Origin: Bacteroidota bacterium | GTDB taxonomy: Bacteria > Bacteroidota > Bacteroidia > Bacteroidales > VadinHA17 | Length of the DNA stretch: 64,000 nucleotides | Assembly: GCA_011049175.1 (NCBI GenBank) | Contig: DSCJ01000015.1 | Coordinates: 9,615-73,614, forward strand | Direction: 5' to 3' | Part shown: in pieces, positions 1-8,251 of the stretch | Position numbering within the stretch: position 1 is the stretch's first letter | Layout: each line of letters starts with the position of its first letter | Translations under genes and position numbers: made by a program | The notes under the pieces: generated by a model | Database searches by the model: none | What the model was told of the DNA's origin: nothing | The model's input: only the letters and a program-made list of their open reading frames with translations

Positions 1-1
1 C

Positions 2-682
2 CCGGTTTATGCCCAGTCAAGCCGGGGGAAAACCGAGTGGGTAGTATCAGTGGCTCTGGCATCAGTGGCTCATACCCTGGCCAAACTGGCCTCGGATATC
101 TGCCTTTTTATAGGGTCCGATTTCGGCTTCCTGAGTTTGGCCCCGGAAATGACTACCGGATCGTCCATTATGCCACATAAAAAGAACCCTGATGTATTTG
201 AACTGATCAGGGCCCGCGCCAACCGCCTGAAATCGCTTCCTGCCTCCCTGATGCAGGTATCGGCCAATCTTCCCAGCGGATACCACCGCGATTTTCAGCT
301 TATAAAGGAAATGGTTCTTCCCGCATTTGGTGAGCTGGCCGAATTGATCGATATAACCGGCCTTGCCCTTGACGGTATCCGGGTAAGGGAAGATATTATG
401 CAGGAGGAAAAATATCGCTACTGCTATAGTGTGGAAGTGGTGAACCGGCTGGTAATGGAGGGGATGCCTTTCCGGGAGGCTTATCGCAGGGTGGCCGGTG
501 ATATCAGGGACGGGAAATTCCGGTTTACAGGGAAACCGGAACATACCCATGTGGGAAGTATTGGCAATCCCGGGACCAACCGGATACGGGGAAAAATGGA
601 TAATGCCACCGGAACACCGGATTATTCCGTTCCGGGAAAAGCTATCCGGAAGCTTCTGAAGAAAGCGGGAGTGGAGGAATGA
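2..682 (+). CDS. argH: argininosuccinate lyase, C-terminal part (5' end lies off-window)
   Basis: The frame is open from nt 2 to the TGA at 680-682. The translation contains 'GSSIMPHKKNPDVFELIR', the fumarate-lyase superfamily signature loop as found in ArgH. Confidence 0.9.
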   Translation, partial: PVYAQSSRGKTEWVVSVALASVAHTLAKLASDICLFIGSDFGFLSLAPEMTTGSSIMPHKKNPDVFELIRARANRLKSLPASLMQVSANLPSGYHRDFQLIKEMVLPAFGELAELIDITGLALDGIRVREDIMQEEKYRYCYSVEVVNRLVMEGMPFREAYRRVAGDIRDGKFRFTGKPEHTHVGSIGNPGTNRIRGKMDNATGTPDYSVPGKAIRKLLKKAGVEE

Positions 683-685
683 AGC

Positions 686-1369
686 ATGGGTGAAATACGA
701 CGGTCAGGGAAGGTTATTTCCAGCGATGTTTCAGTGGTTGTGAAGGTGGAAATTGTCCATCTGCTCAATAAAAAAGGAGACCTGGACAACGGGAAATTCG
801 ATCGATTGGCCCGGGTTATTTCCGGATTGAGAAATATGGGTATACGGGTGGTGGTGGTTTCATCGGGGGCTATTTATCTCGGAAGCCGTATTTCGGGTAT
901 CCGGCCTTACAACCTGACGGTACAGCAGGCTTTGGCAGCCATCGGGCAGGTGCGACTGATGGAACTATACCAGCAATTTTTCGGAGAGTATAATCAAATG
1001 GTAGCACAGATTCTGATTACCGCCGATGTAACCAACGATCCGGTTCGTAACCGGAACGCCTGCAATACGCTGAATAACCTGTTGTCCAGGGGTGTGATTC
1101 CCGTGGTCAATGAGAATGATGCCCTTTCAACAGAAGACATTGTACTGGATGACAATTATTATCTGGTGCTCAGGGTGGCCGGTTTGATCCGGCCCAGGTT
1201 TATCGTGGTGCATACGGCCAGTCCCGGTAAGTATTTGATCATCTGGGGAGAAGAGAAAAACGAGTATGGTATGGAACAGGAGACCCATGTTGCCATGCGT
1301 ATTGGAATGCTGAAAGATGATCTTCCTGCCGGTCCGGTATTTTTTCCTTCCCGGCTTCCCGAATTTTAA
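686..1369 (+). CDS. glutamate 5-kinase-like paralog with degenerate catalytic motifs (amino-acid-kinase fold, N-terminal two thirds only)
   Basis: By eye it is collinear with the adjacent ProB ('VVVSSGAI', 'ALAAIGQ', 'VAQIL', 'VIPVVNENDALST'). It has 'VVKVEIVH' instead of 'VVKVGTSS' and 'LDDNYY' instead of 'GDNDQL', and it lacks a 'GTGGMxTK' segment. It starts 4 nt after the argH stop. Confidence 0.6.
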   Translation: MGEIRRSGKVISSDVSVVVKVEIVHLLNKKGDLDNGKFDRLARVISGLRNMGIRVVVVSSGAIYLGSRISGIRPYNLTVQQALAAIGQVRLMELYQQFFGEYNQMVAQILITADVTNDPVRNRNACNTLNNLLSRGVIPVVNENDALSTEDIVLDDNYYLVLRVAGLIRPRFIVVHTASPGKYLIIWGEEKNEYGMEQETHVAMRIGMLKDDLPAGPVFFPSRLPEF

Positions 1370-1379
1370 CCTGCCTGAC

Positions 1380-2201
1380 ATGAATGTTCAGAAATACCGT
1401 GCATTATTAAAAACATCGCAGTTGCTCGTGGTAAAAGTGGGCACCAGCAGCCTGGCTTTCAACACCAGGCGGCTGAATTTTCAATGGATGACGCGCCTGG
1501 CTCATGTGCTTTCGACGATCCGCCGGGAGGGAAAACATGTCATCCTGGTATCTTCGGGGGCTGTTGGAGTGGGAGCCGGCAGACTGGGAATCCTGAAAAG
1601 GCCGGCAACACTATCCGACAAGCAGGCCCTGGCTGCTTTGGGGCAGGCCGAACTAATCAAGATATACCAGCGGATATTCAGGGATTATGACCAGCTTGTT
1701 GCCCAGGTGCTGCTCACACGCGACGGTATGGAAGATCCTGTGAGAAGAACCAATGCCCGGAATACCCTGAAGACGTTGTTGTCGATGGAGGTTATTCCCA
1801 TTATCAATGAGAACGATACAGTATCCACCAGGGAAATGGAGTTCGGCGACAATGACCAGCTTTCGGCCCGGGTTTGTGAAATTACCGGAGCGGATTTGCT
1901 GGTGCTGCTTTCTGATATTGATGGTTTATATTCGGCCGATCCAAGAAGAAACCACATGGCCAGGCTGATTCCCGTGGTTTATGATGTTTCCGAAGAGGTG
2001 GAGGCTGCTGCCGGGAGTGCAGGGACGGATGTTGGAACGGGGGGAATGGCCACCAAGCTGGAGGCTGCCCGGATATGCAGGCTGGCAGGGTCCCACATGG
2101 TGATTGCCAATGGAAAAGATCCCGCAGTGATACGGGAAATTCTTGAGGGGAAGGAAGTGGGAACGCTTTTTATCGCACAACCTATCCATACCATAAAATA
2201 A
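1380..2201 (+). CDS. proB: glutamate 5-kinase (short form, no PUA domain)
   Basis: Contains the motifs 'VVKVGTSS', 'VSSGAVGVG', 'INENDTVST', 'FGDNDQLSA' and 'GTGGMATKLEAA'. I chose the ATG at 1380 over the 1317 ORF start because the 1317 start would overlap the upstream gene. Confidence 0.9.
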   Translation: MNVQKYRALLKTSQLLVVKVGTSSLAFNTRRLNFQWMTRLAHVLSTIRREGKHVILVSSGAVGVGAGRLGILKRPATLSDKQALAALGQAELIKIYQRIFRDYDQLVAQVLLTRDGMEDPVRRTNARNTLKTLLSMEVIPIINENDTVSTREMEFGDNDQLSARVCEITGADLLVLLSDIDGLYSADPRRNHMARLIPVVYDVSEEVEAAAGSAGTDVGTGGMATKLEAARICRLAGSHMVIANGKDPAVIREILEGKEVGTLFIAQPIHTIK

Positions 2202-3448
2202 TGGAAACAATACATGATATCGGAAAGGGGGCCCGCCGGGCTGCTTATTTTCTGGCAAAAGCCTCATCGGATGAAAAAAAACTTGTGCTGCTTCAAGCGG
2301 CATCAAACCTTGAGGAAAAAATAGAAGAAACCGTTGCTGCCAACCGGAAGGATCTGGAACAGGCACGTAAGCAGGGGATTGGAGGTGCTTTGCTTGACAG
2401 GCTCAGGCTTGATGCGGAACGAATTCGCTCGATGGCCGAAGGAATGAGGCAGGTAGCCGGTCTGCACGACCCTGTGGGAGAAATTCTGGGGATGACACGA
2501 AGGCCGAACGGTTTGATGATTGGCAAAAGAAGGGTTCCCTTTGGCGTTGTGGGGATTATTTACGAAGCCCGCCCGAATGTGACCGCCGATGCTTTTGCAC
2601 TGTGCCTGAAAACCGGTAATGCTTCCATTTTGCGTGGCGGAAAGGAAGCTTTCCATTCCAACAAGGCCCTGGTGGATCTTTTTCAGGGAACTTTGAACAG
2701 CCAGGGGTTCCCGCCTGAGGCCATCCAGCTTGTTAAAGATACCTCACGGGGCAGTGCTGTGGAAATGATGAAGGCCCGGGGAATCATTGATCTGCTGATT
2801 CCTCGGGGAGGAGCCGGTTTGATCCGTACAGTGGTGGAAAACAGTCAGGTGCCGGTCATTGAAACGGGGGTAGGAAACTGTCATATCTATGTTGACCGGG
2901 ATGCCGACCGGGAAATGGCCGTTCATATTGTGGTGAATGCCAAAACCCAGCGTCCGGGGGTGTGCAATGCGGCAGAGAGCCTTCTGGTGCACCGGGATAT
3001 CGCTGCCGGTTTTTTGCACGGGGTGGCTAAACAACTGAAGCGCAGGAATGTTGAGATCAGAGGGGATGAAACGGTTTGCTCGCTCATAGGGAATGCGTTT
3101 CCGGCAAACGATGAGGACTGGGGACGTGAATACCTGGACCTGATCATATCGGTAAAGGTGGTGCCAGACCTGGATTCAGCCATTGAACATATTCACCGCT
3201 ACGGCACCGGACACTCTGAAACCATTGTTACCAATCACTACGCCAGTGCTCAGAAATTTCTTGAAGAGGTGGATGCTGCAGCCGTATATGTAAACGCTTC
3301 CACCCGGTTTACCGACGGGTTTGAATTCGGTTTTGGAGCCGAAATCGGCATCAGTACACAGAAATTGCATGCACGGGGGCCTATGGGACTGGAAGCGCTG
3401 ACCTCTGCCAAATATGTTATTTACGGCAACGGCCAGGTAAGAGAATAA
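2201..3448 (+). CDS. proA: gamma-glutamyl phosphate reductase
   Basis: A 415-aa aldehyde-dehydrogenase-type protein with the catalytic Cys region 'GVCNAAESLLVH'. Its ATG overlaps the proB stop (TAATG). Confidence 0.95.
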   Translation: METIHDIGKGARRAAYFLAKASSDEKKLVLLQAASNLEEKIEETVAANRKDLEQARKQGIGGALLDRLRLDAERIRSMAEGMRQVAGLHDPVGEILGMTRRPNGLMIGKRRVPFGVVGIIYEARPNVTADAFALCLKTGNASILRGGKEAFHSNKALVDLFQGTLNSQGFPPEAIQLVKDTSRGSAVEMMKARGIIDLLIPRGGAGLIRTVVENSQVPVIETGVGNCHIYVDRDADREMAVHIVVNAKTQRPGVCNAAESLLVHRDIAAGFLHGVAKQLKRRNVEIRGDETVCSLIGNAFPANDEDWGREYLDLIISVKVVPDLDSAIEHIHRYGTGHSETIVTNHYASAQKFLEEVDAAAVYVNASTRFTDGFEFGFGAEIGISTQKLHARGPMGLEALTSAKYVIYGNGQVRE

Positions 3449-3458
3449 CACGTTGTTT

Positions 3459-4547
3459 TTATTCTTCGCCTATGTATTCCTGAATATTTCTGATAAACTC
3501 ACTGAACAGGAAGGCTGTGTCAGTGGGTCCTCCGGAAGCTTCGGGATGGAATTGTGTGGAAAAGAAGGGTTTACTACGGTGTTTCATTCCTTCGTTGGTT
3601 TCATCATTCACATTGATGAACAGGGGTTCCCATTCGGATGGTAGGGTTTCATTGTTCACCGCAAATCCATGATTCTGTGATGTAATGTATGCCCGGGGTG
3701 TATTTACCAGGCGTACCGGCTGGTTATGACTGCGGTGGCCGTATTTCAGCTTGTAGGTGTCGGCTCCGGCTGCAAGCGCCAGAAGCTGGTTTCCAAGGCA
3801 AATGCCGAAAATGGGTTTATCCTCTTTCAGTGACCGGCCGATATGTTCAATGATGGTGCCGCATTGCTTGGGATCGCCCGGACCGTTCGATATGAACAAA
3901 CCGTGGTATTCTTCCTTCGAATAATCGTAATTCCAGGGAACCCTGATGATGGTTGTGTCAAGTTGCAGAAGGTATCTGATGATATTGTACTTAACCCCGC
4001 AATCGATCAGCAGAATGCGGTATTTCCCGTTGCCGTATACCTTTTTTTCCCGGATGCTTACCTGTTCCACCAAATTTTCCCGGTTGGGATCATAAAAATC
4101 AACCGTGTCTCCGTTCATCAGAACCTTGCCCAGCATGGTTCCCTTTTCTCTCAAAATTTTGGTAAGAGCACGGGTATCAATACCGAAAATGCCGGGAACC
4201 CGGTGCTTTTTCAGCCAGTGACTGAGGCTGTTGACCGCATTCCAGTGACTGTACTGAAACGAATAATCGGAAACCACCAGGGCAGAAATGTGGATCCGGT
4301 CCGATTCGAAATATTTTAACAAACCGTTCTCCGTTTCTTCAGCCGGTGCCCCGTAATTGCCCACCAGCGGGTAGGTAAGTACAAGGATCTGTCCGCGGTA
4401 GGAGGGATCGGTTAAACTTTCCGGATAACCGGTCATGGCGGTGTTAAATACTACTTCCCCCGATACCGGTTTTTCGTAACCGAACGATTTTCCTGTCATT
4501 TCGGTTCCGTCTTCCAGCAGGAGTTTTACTTTCCGGGGTTCATTCAT
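3459..4547 (-). CDS. carA: carbamoyl-phosphate synthase small (glutaminase) subunit
   Basis: An N-terminal CPSase small-chain domain is followed by a class I glutamine amidotransferase domain ('GICLGNQLLALA', 'HGFAV', 'FSTQFHPE'). No carB is adjacent. Confidence 0.95.
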   Translation of the reverse strand: MNEPRKVKLLLEDGTEMTGKSFGYEKPVSGEVVFNTAMTGYPESLTDPSYRGQILVLTYPLVGNYGAPAEETENGLLKYFESDRIHISALVVSDYSFQYSHWNAVNSLSHWLKKHRVPGIFGIDTRALTKILREKGTMLGKVLMNGDTVDFYDPNRENLVEQVSIREKKVYGNGKYRILLIDCGVKYNIIRYLLQLDTTIIRVPWNYDYSKEEYHGLFISNGPGDPKQCGTIIEHIGRSLKEDKPIFGICLGNQLLALAAGADTYKLKYGHRSHNQPVRLVNTPRAYITSQNHGFAVNNETLPSEWEPLFINVNDETNEGMKHRSKPFFSTQFHPEASGGPTDTAFLFSEFIRNIQEYIGEE

Positions 4548-4617
4548 GTGCTGATACTTACAGATAACAGTTGATATGACAGAATTCCAACCGGATAACT
4601 TATCTTTTCCGGCCGGT

Positions 4618-4625
4618 CAAAAGTA
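4618..4625 (-). promoter_or_regulatory. putative Bacteroidota -7 promoter box (TACTTTTG on the minus strand) upstream of carA
   Basis: An exact TAnnTTTG match lies about 70 nt upstream of the carA ATG. Confidence 0.3.
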
Positions 4626-4661
4626 CAAAAAATGTGACTATTTCGCATGGGACAACAGGTG

Positions 4662-5864
4662 TTACTTATTCCGGCCTGACATAAACCCGGAAAGGAGATG
4701 GCTTTCAACCGTCAACCGGAGAAATACGGTAAGCAAAACCGGCAGAATGGCGCGGGGTAAAAGATTATGGGTCCATGGCATACTGATCAGAAGTGCCAGA
4801 ACGGGAACAGCGGCTGTCAGGAAATAGATCCGTAGCCAGGCCGGATTTGTCCCGCGACGCAGGAAAAAGACAGCAATAAGGTGAAATGGGAAGGCCCACA
4901 GCATGTTTAGGTTTGCTGCAAGGGGTATATGGTCACTGAATATCCAGAATACCACCAACAGGGTTCCCAGAAGTCCGAGCGCCATAAACAGAATCCTGTC
5001 GAACCATATCCATTTTGCTTTCCTTCCCGTTTCAATACCCGCAGATAGCATGGCCACAAGAAACAGGGCCCAGAAGATCTGACCTGGGCGCGGGCTGGAA
5101 GCCGTTTCAGTATCAGGTTCGGCTTCAAACACGGTAACTATGTTGCTGCAGAACGATCTGCTTCCGTTTCCTTCACTGATCATGGCTTTATCGTAAATGG
5201 TCATGATATAGTCGGGAAGGAACATATATTGCCAGGGGGTGGCAATGCGGTCGGTCGGCAGCCCAAGGGCGATGTCGATGCCTACATCCAGCCATGGGGT
5301 TGCGGCCAGGTAAGGATCGATCAGTTGCCTGAAAGATAGTTCCTGCCTGTAATCGGAATAATTATACTGTACTGGAATATCCAGGCTTTCGTGGATTATG
5401 TCCCTGACCCTGGTGGCACAATTATCGTAAAAAAAGTCGTACCGGTAATATCTGTTTTCCGGTCGGTAGTTTTCAAGCAAGTTGTTGAAAAGCACCTCTT
5501 TGGAGGAGTGTGGAATCATCAGTTCCTGTTCGTATACCGATCGGTTTTCGAAAATGTATTCTGCCAGAAATTCCCTGAATGTGCTGACCGAGAGCATATA
5601 ATCGAGCCTTCCTCTGATGAATTTAAAGTAAAAGTTGGGTGTGCTGAAATCGAACGTGCCGTAATTAAATACCAGATCAAGGTTCTGAGCCGGATCAACC
5701 ACCCGGATGGCGGTGTGTCCGAAAAGCGAATAGGTTTCATTACCCGGGGAACAGGTAAGTACGCTTACCCTGGCTGAATCTGAAAGGGTTGCGGAATAGG
5801 AGAGGGAAGAGAATATCAGGGGAAGTATAAAGGATATCTGGATTTTTTGAAGGATAGAAGGCAT
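4662..5864 (-). CDS. DUF4105 (Lnb N-terminal periplasmic domain) membrane protein
   Basis: Has a signal peptide and 'YSLFGHTAIRV...NYGTFDF' as I remember the DUF4105 family, followed by several C-terminal TM helices. Confidence 0.65.
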   Translation of the reverse strand: MPSILQKIQISFILPLIFSSLSYSATLSDSARVSVLTCSPGNETYSLFGHTAIRVVDPAQNLDLVFNYGTFDFSTPNFYFKFIRGRLDYMLSVSTFREFLAEYIFENRSVYEQELMIPHSSKEVLFNNLLENYRPENRYYRYDFFYDNCATRVRDIIHESLDIPVQYNYSDYRQELSFRQLIDPYLAATPWLDVGIDIALGLPTDRIATPWQYMFLPDYIMTIYDKAMISEGNGSRSFCSNIVTVFEAEPDTETASSPRPGQIFWALFLVAMLSAGIETGRKAKWIWFDRILFMALGLLGTLLVVFWIFSDHIPLAANLNMLWAFPFHLIAVFFLRRGTNPAWLRIYFLTAAVPVLALLISMPWTHNLLPRAILPVLLTVFLRLTVESHLLSGFMSGRNK

Positions 5865-5998
5865 CAGTTAAAAATTTTCTACAATGATAGTTTCTTTCGT
5901 TGAAAAAACATGCGGGGAGAGGTGATTTTCCCCGGTTGTGTTTTGCGGTTTCATACCAATTCATGAAATTGCGGTGATTACCCGGAAAAATCAATCTC

Positions 5999-6772
5999 AT
6001 GTATGTTCGCCCCAAAAAATCCCTGGGTCAGCATTTTTTGCATGACCGCAACATTGCCACAAAAATTGTGAACAGCCTGCGTGCGGAAGGATACCGTACC
6101 GTGATTGAGGTAGGACCGGGTTTAGGGGTGCTCACCGGATACCTCCTGGAGCGGAAGGATCTGGTAATTATTCCTGTGGAGATTGACAGGGAAGCAGTGG
6201 AATACCTGAAGGAAGCTTATCCTGCCCTGTACGGAAGGATCGTTGAGGGAGATTTTCTGAAAACAGACCTTTCCGTTTTAACGGAAGAGCCTTTCGGGGT
6301 GATTGGCAATTTCCCCTATCACATTTCCAGCCCTATTTTTTTCAGAATTCTTGACAACCGCCACAGTGTAAGGGAAGTCGTGTGCATGGTTCAGAAAGAA
6401 GTGGCGGAACGGATATGCAGTGCTCCGGGAAACAAGACCTACGGAATACTGAGTGTATTGCTGGGTGCCTTTTTCCAGGTGGAATATTTGTTTACCGTGG
6501 GCGAAAAAGTGTTTACCCCTCCACCGAAAGTAAAGTCGGCAGTGATCAGGATGACCCGGCACAGGGAAGACAGGTTGCCCTGCAGAGAAGAGTTGTTTTT
6601 CAGGCTGGTGAAGGCAGGATTCAACCAGAGAAGAAAAACGCTTCGAAATGCCTTAAAAGCCATGTTGTTGCCCACTCATGACCGGCATCCCCTGCTGGAG
6701 AAGAGAGCCGAACAGTTGACCGGTGCCGATTTTATCATTCTTACCCGCTGGGCAGAGCCGTACCTCAGGTAG
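5999..6772 (+). CDS. rsmA: 16S rRNA (adenine1518/1519-N6)-dimethyltransferase
   Basis: Contains 'SLGQHFLHD', the SAM motif 'VIEVGPGLGVLT', and 'GNFPYHISS'. Confidence 0.95.
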   Translation: MYVRPKKSLGQHFLHDRNIATKIVNSLRAEGYRTVIEVGPGLGVLTGYLLERKDLVIIPVEIDREAVEYLKEAYPALYGRIVEGDFLKTDLSVLTEEPFGVIGNFPYHISSPIFFRILDNRHSVREVVCMVQKEVAERICSAPGNKTYGILSVLLGAFFQVEYLFTVGEKVFTPPPKVKSAVIRMTRHREDRLPCREELFFRLVKAGFNQRRKTLRNALKAMLLPTHDRHPLLEKRAEQLTGADFIILTRWAEPYLR

Positions 6773-6823
6773 AAGGAAGCGGGCGGAACGGAGAAACAGG
6801 CAAACGGTGTGTTCCCCTTCCAT

Positions 6824-8086
6824 TCAGAACGACACGGAAATGGCTTCTACCGGATTCAGCCGTGAAGCCGAGAGGGCCGGGGCATATCCGGAAATCACAC
6901 CCACTGTAGCAGAAATGATGATACCCAGCAGGATGTTCCCCACCGTGAGGTGAATATGGGCATCGAACGACTGGTTGACGAAAAGAGTTGAGATGAATAC
7001 CATAACCAGCCCGAGGATTCCGCCAACGAGCGAAAGCAATACCGATTCGTACAGAAACTGAAGCAGGATAAAATAACGTTTTGCTCCCAGGGCTTTCTGT
7101 ATGCCGATGATATGTGTGCGTTCCTTTACGCTCACAAACATGATGTTGGCAATGCCAAATCCTCCGACCAGGATGCTAAAACCACCGATGATCCATCCCC
7201 CCAGATTAATTCCTGAAAAAATGGGGGCCAGGGCCTGTGTGATCATACTGGCCCTGTTCAGTGCGAAATTCTCGGGAGCCGATGGTTTTAACCGTCTGAC
7301 CGACCTCATAATGCTACGGAGCTCATCGTCGATTTCCAATTTGGTAACACCGGGTTTCGGTTTTACCATGATATTGGGCATCAGCCGGTCGCTTCGGATA
7401 TTTACCAGGTTTCTCACATAATTCAGAGGGATCAGGACCGTTTTATCGAGTCCCTGGTCGCCCAGTCCGCCCGAACCTTCTTTGCGTACCATTCCAATAA
7501 CTCTGATCCTGGCTCCCTGCACGGAAATCTCTTTGCCAACGGGACTGATTCCCCTGAACAGGTTATTGGCCACATCGGCTCCTATTACCGCAACATTTCT
7601 GCCGGTGGCCGATTCCACGGGGGAGAAATACCTTCCTTCTTCCATTTCAAAGTAACGCAGATCGGCATACTCGTGGGTTACGCAGAGAATATTGACATTT
7701 TCTACCCGGTTATTCCTGTAACTCACATCACGTGTGGCTGTTACACTAAAAACCACATTCTCGGCCCGTGTTGATCGTTTTTTAACTATTTCATATTCCT
7801 GCATGGTGGGTACCGGCCACTGAATAATATCCCACCAGGCCAGGTTTGGGTCATTTGACCAGGGAAATTTATCGATATACACAATATCTTCTCCCAGGGA
7901 AGCAATATTGTCACGGATCCCGGTTTCCATCCAGTCGAGTGCCGTAAAAACGGAAATGATAGCAAATATGCCAATGGTTATTCCCAGCAGGGTAAGTAAA
8001 GTTCGCATCTTATTGACCACGACTGATCGAATGGCAGTAAAAAAGCTTTCCCTGATCATTTTCAGGACCATCCACAGGTTTTTCAT
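6824..8086 (-). CDS. ABC transporter permease, MacB/FtsX type
   Basis: An N-terminal TM helix and a large periplasmic domain are followed by a C-terminal FtsX-like 3-4 TM bundle ('IGIQKALGAKR'). No ATPase gene is adjacent. Confidence 0.85.
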   Translation of the reverse strand: MKNLWMVLKMIRESFFTAIRSVVVNKMRTLLTLLGITIGIFAIISVFTALDWMETGIRDNIASLGEDIVYIDKFPWSNDPNLAWWDIIQWPVPTMQEYEIVKKRSTRAENVVFSVTATRDVSYRNNRVENVNILCVTHEYADLRYFEMEEGRYFSPVESATGRNVAVIGADVANNLFRGISPVGKEISVQGARIRVIGMVRKEGSGGLGDQGLDKTVLIPLNYVRNLVNIRSDRLMPNIMVKPKPGVTKLEIDDELRSIMRSVRRLKPSAPENFALNRASMITQALAPIFSGINLGGWIIGGFSILVGGFGIANIMFVSVKERTHIIGIQKALGAKRYFILLQFLYESVLLSLVGGILGLVMVFISTLFVNQSFDAHIHLTVGNILLGIIISATVGVISGYAPALSASRLNPVEAISVSF

Positions 8087-8251
8087 TGAGACAGCTGAAA
8101 AGATTTTGAAGTCGAAAGTTAAGTATAATTGATTAAATCAACTTATACAGGCATAAAAATTTAGAAGGACTGTTTTCGTCATTCCTTGAAAAAACAGGGA
8201 TTTTTTCTGGTATTTTCACTAATTTTACGCCTTCATGACAAAATATTGTGT

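Noticed and set aside
4587-4616. A ~9-bp GC-rich hairpin (CCAACCGGA...TCCGGCCGG) between DUF4105 and carA, considered as the DUF4105 terminator or a carA leader structure.
   Set aside because: It has no U-tract on the minus strand, and the candidate carA -7 box (4618-4625) abuts it, so the predicted TSS would fall inside the stem. The two interpretations conflict and neither is supported well enough.
8186-8251. N-terminal ORF extensions in the supplied track for purH (8186), proB (1317), acpH (16063), the cpgS-like gene (16172), lysS (27556), the OmpA-family gene (51648), the 45255 GTG start, the 62201 TTG start, the BNR gene (23393) and DUF2807 (20869).
   Set aside because: In each case a downstream ATG gives the family-typical N-terminus or a proper signal peptide. 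In several cases (16172, 16063, 27556, 62201, 51648) a -7 promoter box or a terminator lies inside the extension.
8087-8251. A possible ZTP (pfl) riboswitch upstream of purH, and riboswitches or leaders upstream of glnN, lysS and lipA.
   Set aside because: The purH leader is AT-rich and lacks the GC-rich conserved pfl segments (the GGGUCGUG... and ...CCGCCUGGGC-type words). The predicted 5' UTRs of the other genes are only about 10-35 nt after the -7 boxes, too short for a riboswitch.
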